A DNA stretch of 64,000 nucleotides from a virus (Duplodnaviria > Heunggongvirae > Uroviricota > Caudoviricetes): the IMG/VR virus record IMGVR_UViG_3300027673_000001, positions 82,759 through 146,758 of that record. The stretch is one strand, 5' to 3'. Under the pieces are notes generated by a model, which worked only from the letters and a program-made list of their open reading frames with translations, was not told the DNA's origin and made no database searches. Below are positions 27,686-37,123 of the stretch, piece after piece; the stretch's first letter is position 1, and each line of letters starts with the position of its first letter. The position numbers were made by a program, and so were the translations under genes.

Positions 27686-27828
27686 CTACAACTCCTTGTG
27701 CTATGCCTTAGTATAGCACAGAGCTGAATAAATTTCAAGCACTTGTGACTCTATATGCCCTGGACCAAAGGTCGATTCTAAAGAACCACCTATAGTTGTT
27801 CATCCCAAAACCTATTCGAATCATTCGA

Positions 27829-28611
27829 TTACCTGGTTCCAAATCTATCTTTGTTGCTTTTATCATATGATTCGATAATCTGCTTTAGGGAATCTTTTGG
27901 ACTACCTATCAGTCGATGAGAATAGCCGACGAATGGAACTATCTTATCACTGGTTTGGTTTACGATGATATTGTTTAGGGTATTGAGTTTTTGCACTTCC
28001 CTAATCACATCGTAAATGGAATAGGTGGTTCCGGAACCTATTTCATAAGTTCCTTGAATCCCTGTTAGGGCTGCCTGAGCAATAGCATCTCCCACATCAT
28101 TCACGCTTATGAAATCCAGCCTCGAATGACCAGAGACTTTCAATTCAAAAGATCTACGGGAATAGAAGCTATTGATCAAAGATGGAATGAGACGAGTGTC
28201 TTTATCATCAAACTCCCCCGCCACATTATGAATCCTTAGTATAGCGAAATTTGGGCGAGATTTGACTATATTCTCCATTCCCAGTTTCGTCCAACTGTAG
28301 GGAGATTCTGCTCCCTTAGCAGCAGCAATAGAGGAGATATGGATGAACCTATCACAATTCAATTGTGCCCTAAAGGAACGACACAATTCCTTTGCTTCCG
28401 TGTATTCTTCTAATGAACATCCCGGAGATGCGCCTGGACCGGAAGCGTTGATTATCGTACCATAGTTGCCCAAAGACGGAGGAGACCTATATCCATCGTA
28501 AACACCACCAAATGATGGATCTACTTTGATTATAGGCCTGTCTGTGTATTTCTCCAGACTCCTAACGATTCTCTTGCCAATATAACCATTGGCGCCAAGT
28601 ACAGTTATCAT
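27829..28611 (-). CDS. NAD(P)-dependent epimerase/dehydratase-like (short-chain Rossmann) protein
   Basis: N-terminal GxxGxxG (VLGANGYIGKR) Rossmann motif; 260 aa. Confidence 0.5.
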   Translation of the reverse strand: MITVLGANGYIGKRIVRSLEKYTDRPIIKVDPSFGGVYDGYRSPPSLGNYGTIINASGPGASPGCSLEEYTEAKELCRSFRAQLNCDRFIHISSIAAAKGAESPYSWTKLGMENIVKSRPNFAILRIHNVAGEFDDKDTRLIPSLINSFYSRRSFELKVSGHSRLDFISVNDVGDAIAQAALTGIQGTYEIGSGTTYSIYDVIREVQKLNTLNNIIVNQTSDKIVPFVGYSHRLIGSPKDSLKQIIESYDKSNKDRFGTR

Positions 28612-28985
28612 TCTGTATCAATAGAGACACGACCGAAGGTTATCACGCCTCCTCGAGAATAGGTTTCGAAGTCATGTTTGAATTCGACTATAACGCCGAG
28701 ACTCATCATATGCTCTTCATCAAAAACGCTATCGTCTCGAATTTGGTCCACCAAAATGCAACCAATTAGGCCTGCATCTACACCTACCGAACCGCCAGTG
28801 GAAACTGGGTATTCGCCGTCTCCCCAGGCGGTTCGGTAGGTAGCAAAACGGCGCCCGTCTTTCAGAGTGAATTCGCCATCAAGACATTCATTTCCTTTGA
28901 TTGTAATTTCACAGAACTCGTCCCAAGCATCGTGCAAAACATAGCACAGATCGCCAATGTAATATTTGCCAGCGGGCATAGTCAT
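28608..28985 (-). CDS. hypothetical protein
   Basis: 125-aa ORF translationally coupled to neighbours. Confidence 0.4.
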   Translation of the reverse strand: MTMPAGKYYIGDLCYVLHDAWDEFCEITIKGNECLDGEFTLKDGRRFATYRTAWGDGEYPVSTGGSVGVDAGLIGCILVDQIRDDSVFDEEHMMSLGVIVEFKHDFETYSRGGVITFGRVSIDTE

Positions 28986-29182
28986 TTGGGGTCCTTTTCT
29001 AGAGCAAAATACTCTTCGTTAGTCAGGTAGAAATCAGAGGTCGGATCGTAATAGGCGCCTTCTTTGGGATCGTAATACAGAACCTTTCCGCCGACCAAAA
29101 AAGGACCTTCGAGACCCTTGCGGGGCTCAAATCCCTTGAACAGCTCTTCCGTCAATCCCAAAACCTTGTAGCCCATAAACAA
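28982..29182 (-). CDS. hypothetical protein
   Basis: 66-aa ORF; promoter-like element at ~29190-29230. Confidence 0.35.
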   Translation of the reverse strand: MFMGYKVLGLTEELFKGFEPRKGLEGPFLVGGKVLYYDPKEGAYYDPTSDFYLTNEEYFALEKDPK

Positions 29183-29225
29183 CTCCTTGTGCTATGCCTT
29201 AGTATAGCACAAGGCTGAATAAATT

Positions 29226-29471
29226 TCAACTGACTTCAGGCCCTTCTATGTTGTACCGACCCCCGCACTTTGAGCAGTATGACCAGCTCCAACCTATTCC
29301 GTTGTCGTGTGAGGAACCAAATCTGTGACCTTCTTCGCTTTCTCCACACTCCCTTTGGAGGGCGAGCTTCGCAGGTAAGTAGACATTCTTGTCATACTGT
29401 TCAGTGGCTTGGCTATGGAACTCACGCCTCTCTTTTTCCAGCTGCCTGTACCTTTCCCATATGGTATTCAT
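29226..29471 (-). CDS. hypothetical Zn-ribbon protein
   Basis: CSKCGGRY motif. Confidence 0.35.
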   Translation of the reverse strand: MNTIWERYRQLEKERREFHSQATEQYDKNVYLPAKLALQRECGESEEGHRFGSSHDNGIGWSWSYCSKCGGRYNIEGPEVS

Positions 29472-29833
29472 TGAGAGACCTTATTCATATTCCTTGGACA
29501 CGAAACAGAACCACAAGCATGGTTAGGTCCTTGCCCACAGGCGGGACAGAGCCAAAAATTTTGCGGTGGTTTTGGCTCCACCGGCTTGAAGGGGTTGATC
29601 TCTGGCCAACGTGGGGGTTTTGGTGCTAGAGGTCCGGAGGGGTTGATTTCTGGCCAACGTGGGGGTTTTGGTGCTAGAGGTCCGGAGGGGTTGATCTCTG
29701 GCCAGCGCGGCGCATTTGGTTGCGTACCTATAGGACCTATAGGAAGGAGATTGTTTTCCAAATACCTGATTCGCCTTGATAGTTCCTCTATCTGCGCTTC
29801 AAGTCTTTTGATGAGTTTTTCTTGATCCTGCAT
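29468..29833 (-). CDS. protein with N-terminal coiled coil, tandem PRWPEINPSGPLAPKP repeats and C-terminal Cys cluster
   Basis: 121 aa; 48-bp tandem DNA repeat x~2.7 at 29583..29720 encodes the peptide repeat; CPACG...CGSVSCP at C-terminus. Confidence 0.45.
   Translation of the reverse strand: MQDQEKLIKRLEAQIEELSRRIRYLENNLLPIGPIGTQPNAPRWPEINPSGPLAPKPPRWPEINPSGPLAPKPPRWPEINPFKPVEPKPPQNFWLCPACGQGPNHACGSVSCPRNMNKVSQ
29583..29720. repeat. 48-bp tandem repeat (~2.7 copies) inside CDS
   Basis: GGGGTTGATCTCTGGCCAACGTGGGGGTTTTGGTGCTAGAGGTCCGGA repeated head-to-tail. Confidence 0.8.
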
Positions 29834-29840
29834 AATTACC

Positions 29841-30968
29841 TCAAAAAGCTGCCCAGTTGAATTTCTTGCGTTCCTTCCTCTGGAGGATCAGGTAGTCGCC
29901 GTTGGTTTTCTCGAACTTCAAGTATCCCTTGTCAAAGTCAACAGAAGTGAGTTCCTCAACCTCATAGGAGGCGTGACACCAAATGTACTCAGCATCTTCC
30001 TCGTCGATGCCCAATGCCTGGGGAGTTTGTTCTTTCTTCTTTGACTTCTTGTCGTTCTTAACACGGAAGCTGAAGCTGAACCCTTCGTTGAATGGGTTGA
30101 TGTCCTCGATTTCCAGGAAGTCCTTGTGGAGTTGGCTGATGCTGATATTATTTCCGTTATGCTTTATCATAACGATAGTGAAGGAGCTGTCGCTGTTCCC
30201 GGTGGGTTTGGTGTTCAGCATGGAAACCAGAGTTTTGGGCGACTCGTTGTATCGGTTCACTTCCTCAACCATGGCCTTGAGCATATCGAAGTTGAATGTG
30301 TCAAACACCGCAGACAGCCTCAGAATCTCCTCGGTGAAGTTTTTGTAGATGAGATTGTCCTCGCAGTATTCCCTGATGAATGCCTTGTCCAGCCCTTCAT
30401 ACTCTATCATGTAGAAGATGCGCCCAGGGCGATTCTTCATGTGGCTGTTCACACGGTAGGTGTCGTTGCAAGTCAACACAAAGAGCTTCTTGCTTGGGTA
30501 GACGCCGTCCAGGAGAGTCAAAAGAAGTTCCTGGTCATCTTTGTCATAAACCTTCTCGAACTCATCAAAGATGACAATCGCAGGTTGGTTGATTTGCTGG
30601 ATGAACTTGTTGAAGGAATCACCACACCAAGCATTGTTGATAACGATGGTTGGAATTCCTTTGGAGATACCTTGTATGGAGAGGTTCTTGGCCAAGAGAC
30701 TCTTGCCGCTACCCTTTTCTCCAGCAAGCAAAACACCAGTAGATGCAGCACGGGAATCAAATGTAGTCAAGATTCTGTCGGTATGCTTTTGGGTTTCACC
30801 GTACAGTTTACCCACGGGCTTGAACGCCTCGATGGGCTTAAGGAAGAACTCCTTAGTCATCGCATCCATATCAACGGTGTAGTTCCCAACAGGGAGCGCA
30901 TCGTGCATGTTCAATGCGTTGTGGGTTGTAACGAAAAAGTTCTCGCCGCGCTTCAGAAAAATGCTCAT
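29841..30968 (-). CDS. P-loop AAA-type ATPase
   Basis: Walker A GEKGSGKS, Walker B IVIFDEFEK; antisense 301-aa + ORF rejected. Confidence 0.6.
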   Translation of the reverse strand: MSIFLKRGENFFVTTHNALNMHDALPVGNYTVDMDAMTKEFFLKPIEAFKPVGKLYGETQKHTDRILTTFDSRAASTGVLLAGEKGSGKSLLAKNLSIQGISKGIPTIVINNAWCGDSFNKFIQQINQPAIVIFDEFEKVYDKDDQELLLTLLDGVYPSKKLFVLTCNDTYRVNSHMKNRPGRIFYMIEYEGLDKAFIREYCEDNLIYKNFTEEILRLSAVFDTFNFDMLKAMVEEVNRYNESPKTLVSMLNTKPTGNSDSSFTIVMIKHNGNNISISQLHKDFLEIEDINPFNEGFSFSFRVKNDKKSKKKEQTPQALGIDEEDAEYIWCHASYEVEELTSVDFDKGYLKFEKTNGDYLILQRKERKKFNWAAF

Positions 30969-30992
30969 TGTGATTCCAGGGTTGTTTTCTGT

Positions 30993-31021
30993 ATTCTACT
31001 AGAGAAGGGTTTAAATGTCAA
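30993..31021 (-). promoter_or_regulatory. sigma70-like early promoter TTGACA-N17-TAGAAT
   Basis: Reverse strand CATTGACATTTAAACCCTTCTCTAGTAGAAT upstream of ATPase start. Confidence 0.55.
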
Positions 31022-31149
31022 TGTTTGGTAGATAGACGACAGGGGTGTTGCGTTGGTGTTTTGTGTGCCAGTACCCGTTAAGGGGTTCTAGGGCAAAATC
31101 GCACGTCTTGGGGTCAATAAAATCAACGACTTAGGAGTGCATTTAGGGG
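31011..31149. repeat. conserved ~125-bp non-coding element, copy B of 3
   Basis: Near-identical to 6295..6430 (one or two substitutions). Confidence 0.8.
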
Positions 31150-31160
31150 AGAATTTGAGC

Positions 31161-31355
31161 TCAAATCCAGTCTTGGCTAAGATGTTTGCCATCTTCCTTA
31201 ACCATGACGGGCATTCCTTGCTCGTCTTTCTTGACTTTTATTCCCTCAAACCTGAGAACCTTCGCGCATGCCAGTTCAGAAGTCTCGGCGGGAACCCAGA
31301 AGTGCGTTTTGCCTTCCTTAGTGGGGGTTTCATACTCAAAAAGAAAGAGTTTCAT
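31161..31355 (-). CDS. hypothetical protein
   Basis: 64-aa ORF. Confidence 0.35.
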   Translation of the reverse strand: MKLFLFEYETPTKEGKTHFWVPAETSELACAKVLRFEGIKVKKDEQGMPVMVKEDGKHLSQDWI

Positions 31356-31552
31356 TTTCCCTTTAATCCTGCTTTGATTACCCTAGCAATCGCCAAAGCG
31401 AATATCACTGCTACGGTTTGCCAGGGGTAGAAAACCATACTCAACACAATCATCGCAAAGGAGAGGATACCCAACGCGACGAAAGATAACATTAGAGAAA
31501 CGCTTAAGTCGTATTCAAAAGCTCTTTGGATGTTAGAGAAGAATTTTTCCAT
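31352..31552 (-). CDS. small membrane protein
   Basis: 66 aa, two TM. Confidence 0.4.
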   Translation of the reverse strand: MEKFFSNIQRAFEYDLSVSLMLSFVALGILSFAMIVLSMVFYPWQTVAVIFALAIARVIKAGLKGK

Positions 31553-31585
31553 GATAAACCGCGGGAGTTTCCTCCCGCGTCTCTT

Positions 31586-32392
31586 TTACTTAGATGGAGC
31601 CATCAGGGCCGTAAAGTTGCTAGGCACTACGATAGTCTGAACTTTGCCGTCTCGGATACCTTCGGAGATGTTGATCATAGCCATGGCTTGCATATACTCC
31701 ACTGCTCCGGAGTTTGCGTTCAGGGCAGCGATGCGTTCAGCCTCAAGCTTCGCGGTTTTAACTTCGACTTCTTTCTTGAGCATCTCATTTTGGCTTCGAA
31801 CCAACTCGTTTGCGCTGTCCACAATCTTACGATCTGGCATGACGTTACGGATTAGAACTTGGCTTACGTTGATGGCACCATCCAGTTTTTCTTCTGCTAG
31901 GGACGCAATCATCTGCTCACGAATCTCGACTTCCATTTGGGCTCGATTGTCGTTCATCTCGAGGCTCTTATACTTTCGGGCACTCTTGTAAGCGGCGTTT
32001 CGAGCTACTTGGTGAATGTAATTATACATCAAGTAGATATCGCCTTCTCGATCTTCAGCCACTGTATGGAACCCTCGGTTCTTTTCAATCCAAATCTCAG
32101 CCACACTCGAAGGGTTGATCGAATAGATAACTGCGAGGTCAAAGTCCTGCAAGGTGCTGTTGTCGGATGCCAGGGGAGTCAAGTTCGAAACATCAACCTG
32201 AACGTCCTTTACTGGGAAGGTGAGTACATCACCGACTACAACCTGATTCCAAGAACCAGGAACAAGTTCATCAGCCTTGACTTGCTTGTCAAAGCCGATT
32301 CGGACACCCACCGTACCAGTTTCAATACGAGTGCAGCCTACGGAGAGGACAGCGGCGGAAAGCAGAGCTACAAAACCAAAACGAATTTTCAC
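31586..32392 (-). CDS. SPFH/band-7 (prohibitin/HflK-like) lipoprotein
   Basis: Lipoprotein signal LSVGC, SPFH-like core followed by coiled-coil; 268 aa. Confidence 0.55.
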   Translation of the reverse strand: MKIRFGFVALLSAAVLSVGCTRIETGTVGVRIGFDKQVKADELVPGSWNQVVVGDVLTFPVKDVQVDVSNLTPLASDNSTLQDFDLAVIYSINPSSVAEIWIEKNRGFHTVAEDREGDIYLMYNYIHQVARNAAYKSARKYKSLEMNDNRAQMEVEIREQMIASLAEEKLDGAINVSQVLIRNVMPDRKIVDSANELVRSQNEMLKKEVEVKTAKLEAERIAALNANSGAVEYMQAMAMINISEGIRDGKVQTIVVPSNFTALMAPSK

Positions 32393-32407
32393 TTCAAGTC
32401 CTTTAGA

Positions 32408-32580
32408 AAAGAATTACGAAACCAACCAACAAAGAAACAGAGACTAGAGAAAGTATCATGGCATATACAGCCGTCTTAGTTACGGACCAACGCTCACGGT
32501 ATGTCATGTCCCGAATCTTCTCGATTGAGAAGAACAGGACTGCCGTCAAGACCAGGAAAGCTACTATCGCCTTCAACATC
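32408..32580 (-). CDS. small two-TM membrane protein upstream of SPFH gene (NfeD-like partner?)
   Basis: 57-aa ORF MLKAIVAFLVLTAVLFFSIEKIRDMTYRERWSVTKTAVYAMILSLVSVSLLVGFVIL; not in track (<60 aa). Confidence 0.3.
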
Positions 32581-32625
32581 TTTTATCTCCTAAAACCATA
32601 GTCTAACACATCAACGAATAAATTT

Positions 32626-33027
32626 CTAGTCCTCGTATAGATGTGGCTTTTGTGAGATTCTCAGGGCAATGCGCTGCCTCACAAGGTTGTCATCATCTTC
32701 GGAGGACTGCCAATCACTGTAGAAAGTAGAGGGAAGACCGTTAAAGGAAACTACTCGCGTCCTGTCTGGCTTATACCCTCGCCTTTCCATCTCATCACAA
32801 AGAGCATTGAACCTCGTTATGAGGAACTTCTGCTTGTCATAGAAGAACTTCACGTGGCCAGAGTTTAGAGTGAACTTACCAGGTATTGATCCTAGTATGG
32901 AGGACTCTGTCTTTGTGCGGAGGGAGCGCCTAAGTGCCGCCGGCACCATGGTAATCTCCCTAAGCTCTGCTATGAGGTGAGCTCGTTTGAGCTCCTTGGG
33001 TGGTATGTTTGAGTTGATTCTCGTCAT
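32626..33027 (-). CDS. denV: endonuclease V, pyrimidine-dimer DNA glycosylase
   Basis: Hand alignment with T4 DenV: MTRIN.., AEYRELP-like, SPTF-LG-GHVTFFYDK-EFL motif (GHVKFFYDKQKFL). Confidence 0.85.
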   Translation of the reverse strand: MTRINSNIPPKELKRAHLIAELREITMVPAALRRSLRTKTESSILGSIPGKFTLNSGHVKFFYDKQKFLITRFNALCDEMERRGYKPDRTRVVSFNGLPSTFYSDWQSSEDDDNLVRQRIALRISQKPHLYED

Positions 33028-33043
33028 ACCTTATGATATAACA

Positions 33044-34117
33044 TCAACGGTTTCTAGTCAACCCATTCAAGAATTCATACATCTTGGTTCCCGTGAAGAA
33101 GTCCCTTAGGTTGGCATCATGAATTTTCTTGGCATTGTAAATGTTGAATGTTGTCATCTTCTCAGTTATGAGATCAGCCAAGTACTCAACATTTGAAGGC
33201 TTCATTTCTGGTTCATACCCATAGGCGACTTCAGAAGGATAGAACGAACCATCAAAGTGCATAACTTCATATGACAGTCTCTTGGGAACCAAAACTTCAC
33301 AGCCAGCTCTCGGCGCTTCTATGCCTATACTGATGCCAAGTGTCTCCTGCATAGAAGCAGAGAACGCTAGCTTGGATCTGTAAAGAAGGTTGTGGTATTC
33401 AAACTTTGTTTCACAGACATCCATTGCCACGATGAACTTGTAAGATGGAAGCCTTTCTGCTAGGGCATAGAACAAGTTCAGGTTCTTCTCTGGGGACTTT
33501 CTGTGGGGGAAAACCACGATGTTCTCTTTCGGCGGAGCATTTTCCAGTTCCCAATAAGGAGTGAACACCTCATCATAGTACTCCATGGGAAACCCCGTGG
33601 ATAAGGTACTGGCTTTGTGAATAGACCAGGAGTAAAGGCGTTCAGAGAAAGGAGTTGCAAAAAGTATCTTGTCATACGCCTTTGCAAAGGTTTCCTCCAT
33701 TGTCCATCCCCATCTCTTGTCTTTTGACTTGTTGGGCAGAAGGTCAGCGGGATCCCAGTAACCAGCGTGAGCAATACCTATGATCTTCACATCAATACCC
33801 ATCAACTCAGCCATGTACTTGGTGTTATTCACAGTTGGGTTCCAGTAGTCCATGTAAAGAAACACGTCTCCAGATTTGACTTCTCCCCTGCTGAACATCT
33901 CTGCAATGAGAGCAGATTGCCGGGACTTGAAGTCGATAGTAGCTGTGAAGTTTAGGAAAGCACCGGGCGTGTTTTCACAAGTTGAGAACAGAACCTCAAC
34001 CGTCTTTACGTTGAAGTTAGGACAGTTCTTGGCGAACAGAGTGGGTACAAATTGATACCAGTGCTTTGTATAGCGAGTCTCAATGGGTTCTATAGGAACT
34101 ATGAAGAGGTTCTGCAT
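33044..34117 (-). CDS. GT-B glycosyltransferase-like protein
   Basis: 357 aa; C-terminal E-x7-E-like motif ETLGISIGIEAPRAGCEVLV of GT1/GT4 enzymes; assignment tentative. Confidence 0.4.
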   Translation of the reverse strand: MQNLFIVPIEPIETRYTKHWYQFVPTLFAKNCPNFNVKTVEVLFSTCENTPGAFLNFTATIDFKSRQSALIAEMFSRGEVKSGDVFLYMDYWNPTVNNTKYMAELMGIDVKIIGIAHAGYWDPADLLPNKSKDKRWGWTMEETFAKAYDKILFATPFSERLYSWSIHKASTLSTGFPMEYYDEVFTPYWELENAPPKENIVVFPHRKSPEKNLNLFYALAERLPSYKFIVAMDVCETKFEYHNLLYRSKLAFSASMQETLGISIGIEAPRAGCEVLVPKRLSYEVMHFDGSFYPSEVAYGYEPEMKPSNVEYLADLITEKMTTFNIYNAKKIHDANLRDFFTGTKMYEFLNGLTRNR

Positions 34118-34510
34118 TTATTCTCCAATGGTGTTTCTGAGGTCCGGCACCCAAGTAATGATGCCATCGGATTCCCCGTCCTCGCTTACCCTAATCGTGT
34201 ATTCTCGCAAAGGCCCATACTTGGAGATCAGATGGGAAAGAATTCCGTCGGCAATCATCTCACATGATTTGTGATTTTGGTTACCGCCCTTAATGAACTC
34301 CTGAAGGTCCCACTTTACAAGGAAGAACTCCAGCTCACGATCGTGGTGGTTCACGGAGATCGTAACCTCAACCTTGAACATATGGCGATGCTCAGATTCA
34401 AGGAACTTGATCCTTGGGTCGATAGTTCCCGCATTGGGGTAGAAGTGAAACCCTTCAAATTCCGTTCTTACGGTGATGAAGGATTTCTTTATGCCTACAT
34501 AATGGTTCAT
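34118..34510 (-). CDS. T-fold (PTPS/QueD-like) protein, second copy
   Basis: 130 aa; His-rich ESEHRHMFKVEV segment resembling Zn-binding site of 6-pyruvoyl-tetrahydropterin synthase family. Confidence 0.35.
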   Translation of the reverse strand: MNHYVGIKKSFITVRTEFEGFHFYPNAGTIDPRIKFLESEHRHMFKVEVTISVNHHDRELEFFLVKWDLQEFIKGGNQNHKSCEMIADGILSHLISKYGPLREYTIRVSEDGESDGIITWVPDLRNTIGE

Positions 34511-35772
34511 CAGAAAAAGTCCTCTAGGTCGGTTGGTTTGCCGCTTTGAACTCTCTTGCTTTTCACCCTTCTGGAGAAGTGTCCTAGCCAGATGTCAAAG
34601 TCGCCTTTGCTCTTCACATTATACAGAGCCTTCGCCGGATTGTAAAATTCAGCATCGATGGCTAGTTGAAGCATATTCTCTCTGCTCTCCATCATCCAGT
34701 CAACGTGCTCAATGTAGTTCATTATTGATTTGACAGTAAAGGCAGTCCTTGCCCTAAGGAAGTCAAAGTCCTCTCCACCCTGATCAATATACTTTGTGTA
34801 CCCTGTGTTCATAATCTTGTGGAACTTATGGGCATCAAGGCCAGCCATGTCGCATATTGTGCTGATGTCCTCAAATGTCGCTTCGTAGAACTTCGACATC
34901 TTTCTATCAAAAGCTACCTGTTTCCTGTTCTTGGTGTAGTAAAGCCCAAGCTCAACACCACTGGTGTGAGTTGTGCTATCGTATGACATAGTTAGAGATT
35001 CGTCATACAGACCAGATTGTTTGAATATCAAGTAGGGTAGCATCCTCTTGGCTGAGCCTACACCCAGGACGTGGAGATGTTTCTTTTCCATTTGCAGTTG
35101 GGAGAATATGAAAGCTCTTTCGATATCTTCCAACGTGCCTGTACCAAGAGCAGCAGCACCCATAGCCACTGCCGTAACCTCTCCCTTATCTTCATAGGGG
35201 ATTTGTTCAAGGACAATGTCAACCCACTTCATGTAAGTGTCATAACAGTTTCCTTGAGCGATAAGAATAGGCTTGCACTCGGACTTTTGCTCTCTATAGA
35301 CGTGAATCTGCCTGGCGATGTTCTTCCCGGTGAGCTTGGCGTAATGTTCCATCTCGTCGGGTTTGAACCAACGATTAGTCACATCGTTCCTGCCAGACGT
35401 CTTACCCTGAGTGCCGATTGGTATTTCATCAAAGCACATACCAAAGTCTGCAGAAGCGCATTGGTTCCTATAGATATCGTCCTTGATTTCGTCCGTTACA
35501 GCCTTGCCTTGAGTGATAATCTGAAGACCACCACTGTCAGCATGAATGCTATGGTACCCATCTAGTTTCCTAAACCTCGGACCAAAGGATTGCTCAGTGA
35601 ATCCATTGAATAACAAACCAAACTCATGGTTAGGCGAGGATTTTGCAATCTTCGACAGAAGTTCAGAGATGAATGGCCCATTAACGGGGTCACCGGCATT
35701 GCGTGGCGAATGAAGCCTCATGTAGCTAGTACCTGAGGCGATGTATTCTATTTTCTTATCCGAAGAAAGCAT
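34510..35772 (-). CDS. dpdA: DpdA / tRNA-guanine transglycosylase-family DNA transglycosylase
   Basis: 420 aa with TGT-family DSGG(F/L)Q motif (HADSGGLQII); sits in cluster with FolE/QueD/QueE. Confidence 0.6.
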   Translation of the reverse strand: MLSSDKKIEYIASGTSYMRLHSPRNAGDPVNGPFISELLSKIAKSSPNHEFGLLFNGFTEQSFGPRFRKLDGYHSIHADSGGLQIITQGKAVTDEIKDDIYRNQCASADFGMCFDEIPIGTQGKTSGRNDVTNRWFKPDEMEHYAKLTGKNIARQIHVYREQKSECKPILIAQGNCYDTYMKWVDIVLEQIPYEDKGEVTAVAMGAAALGTGTLEDIERAFIFSQLQMEKKHLHVLGVGSAKRMLPYLIFKQSGLYDESLTMSYDSTTHTSGVELGLYYTKNRKQVAFDRKMSKFYEATFEDISTICDMAGLDAHKFHKIMNTGYTKYIDQGGEDFDFLRARTAFTVKSIMNYIEHVDWMMESRENMLQLAIDAEFYNPAKALYNVKSKGDFDIWLGHFSRRVKSKRVQSGKPTDLEDFF

Positions 35773-37123
35773 CTAAGTTGTCCTCTTCTTCCTTTACTAC
35801 CATCTCTTCGGATTTGGTAAGGAAGGTTCTTGTTAGTGTTTGGAAATTGTTGAACTTCTTCCTGTTGCCATAGATTGATATCAAGTCCTCAGTAGATGCA
35901 AACCTACCCAGCGTCTTATCAATGAAAGCATCAACAAAGAAGTCGTCTTGCTCGTTGATTTTAGCGGAAGAAGAGTTGGACGTCAACCCATGGGGCTGTT
36001 CAATGAAGTCTCTCCACATCAGATCAGAAGCCGAGTCAAGAGACCTAACATATTTGATCCCCTTCTCCGTTCCTTCTTCTGAGTAGTGTAGGTTCCTCAA
36101 CCTAAGACCTACTTTAGAAGAACCAACCCTTTCAATGCTCAACAAATCTGTTTTGAAGTTGTAGACCCAGTCGTAATCCTCCACAACGCAATGGCAATGA
36201 CACAGGGCTTCCATCAGAGCAAAACCAAAGCTCTCGGACTTTGACGGCATATAGAATACCTTCGCCGATTTGATGAAGTTGACCTTATCTTCGCCTATGA
36301 TACTCTTCTTGATTACGAAGTTCTCGATGCCTTCTTTCTTGAACTCCTCTTCGAACTTCTTGGCTCCGTTCTCATTAGTCATGACCTTAGCCATTAGACC
36401 AGAGTCCTTGATTGCCTTCACAAACGCCTTGGGGTTTTTTCTTTCCTCCCATCTTCCGATGAACAGGCAACCTTCTTTCTTTAAACCGTCTGAGGAATCC
36501 AATAGACTTCTTTCAGGGATAGGCATTGGCAACCACGCTGTTCTAGTGAGACCTGCTTCCTTTAGCTCCGCATTGTTCCTGGAAGACTGAGTACCAACAA
36601 AGATACCTGGGAGTCTCATGAAGGACTCAATCATTGGATCATAGTTGTCATTGAACACACCCTTGAATGTGTTGTTTCTGAAAACCAAGTTCTCGTTGTG
36701 GGTATAAAAGACTATCTTGATGTAGTCCTGTATCCCCAAAGCATAGGTTGAGAAAAGGGCCTCGGGCGTATTGATTACCAGAGCGTCATACAAAGAAGAC
36801 TGCATTGCCTTCATTAGTGAATCTCTGAACTTCATCACTTTCTCAAAGTTCAGAGATTCACTGAAAGAATGAATCTTTTGGTGAGCCACAAAGTCGTTGG
36901 AAGGAGGGACTAAGCTCTTGAAGTTTACATTTGGGATAGACTTCAAGTAACCCACAAACTCAGAGGCGCCGGGCAAAGGTGGCGCATCCATGATTATGTC
37001 TACTACCCAATCCAACCTCCCAGCCATCTCAACAAACCCCTTGGCGAACTGTCCGATTCCGCCATGGGGTATGAGATGTTGAGAAGAGATCAGGAATCCG
37101 ATTCTCTTCTTAAAGACTTTCAT
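35756..37123 (-). CDS. GT-B (GT1/GT4 family) glycosyltransferase
   Basis: 455 aa; classic motif SESFGFALMEA (E-x7-E). Confidence 0.6.
   Translation of the reverse strand: MKVFKKRIGFLISSQHLIPHGGIGQFAKGFVEMAGRLDWVVDIIMDAPPLPGASEFVGYLKSIPNVNFKSLVPPSNDFVAHQKIHSFSESLNFEKVMKFRDSLMKAMQSSLYDALVINTPEALFSTYALGIQDYIKIVFYTHNENLVFRNNTFKGVFNDNYDPMIESFMRLPGIFVGTQSSRNNAELKEAGLTRTAWLPMPIPERSLLDSSDGLKKEGCLFIGRWEERKNPKAFVKAIKDSGLMAKVMTNENGAKKFEEEFKKEGIENFVIKKSIIGEDKVNFIKSAKVFYMPSKSESFGFALMEALCHCHCVVEDYDWVYNFKTDLLSIERVGSSKVGLRLRNLHYSEEGTEKGIKYVRSLDSASDLMWRDFIEQPHGLTSNSSSAKINEQDDFFVDAFIDKTLGRFASTEDLISIYGNRKKFNNFQTLTRTFLTKSEEMVVKEEEDNLDAFFG

Noticed and set aside
30126-31031. 301-aa + strand ORF
   Set aside because: Lies antisense to the AAA ATPase gene (29841-30968), which has clear Walker A/B motifs. 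Its V/L/H-rich composition and lack of a promoter or RBS are typical of a shadow ORF.
31060-31150. preQ1-type riboswitch within the 125-bp conserved element (GGTTCTAG followed by an A-rich tail and AGGAG)
   Set aside because: The resemblance to the preQ1-I aptamer is only partial. The P1 stem is not complementary, the + strand is not the coding strand for adjacent genes, and the element also occurs next to genes unrelated to queuosine metabolism. Kept only as a remote possibility under the repeat finding.
31937-32479. 180-aa + strand ORF, plus 31644-31991
   Set aside because: Antisense to the SPFH gene; low-complexity composition.
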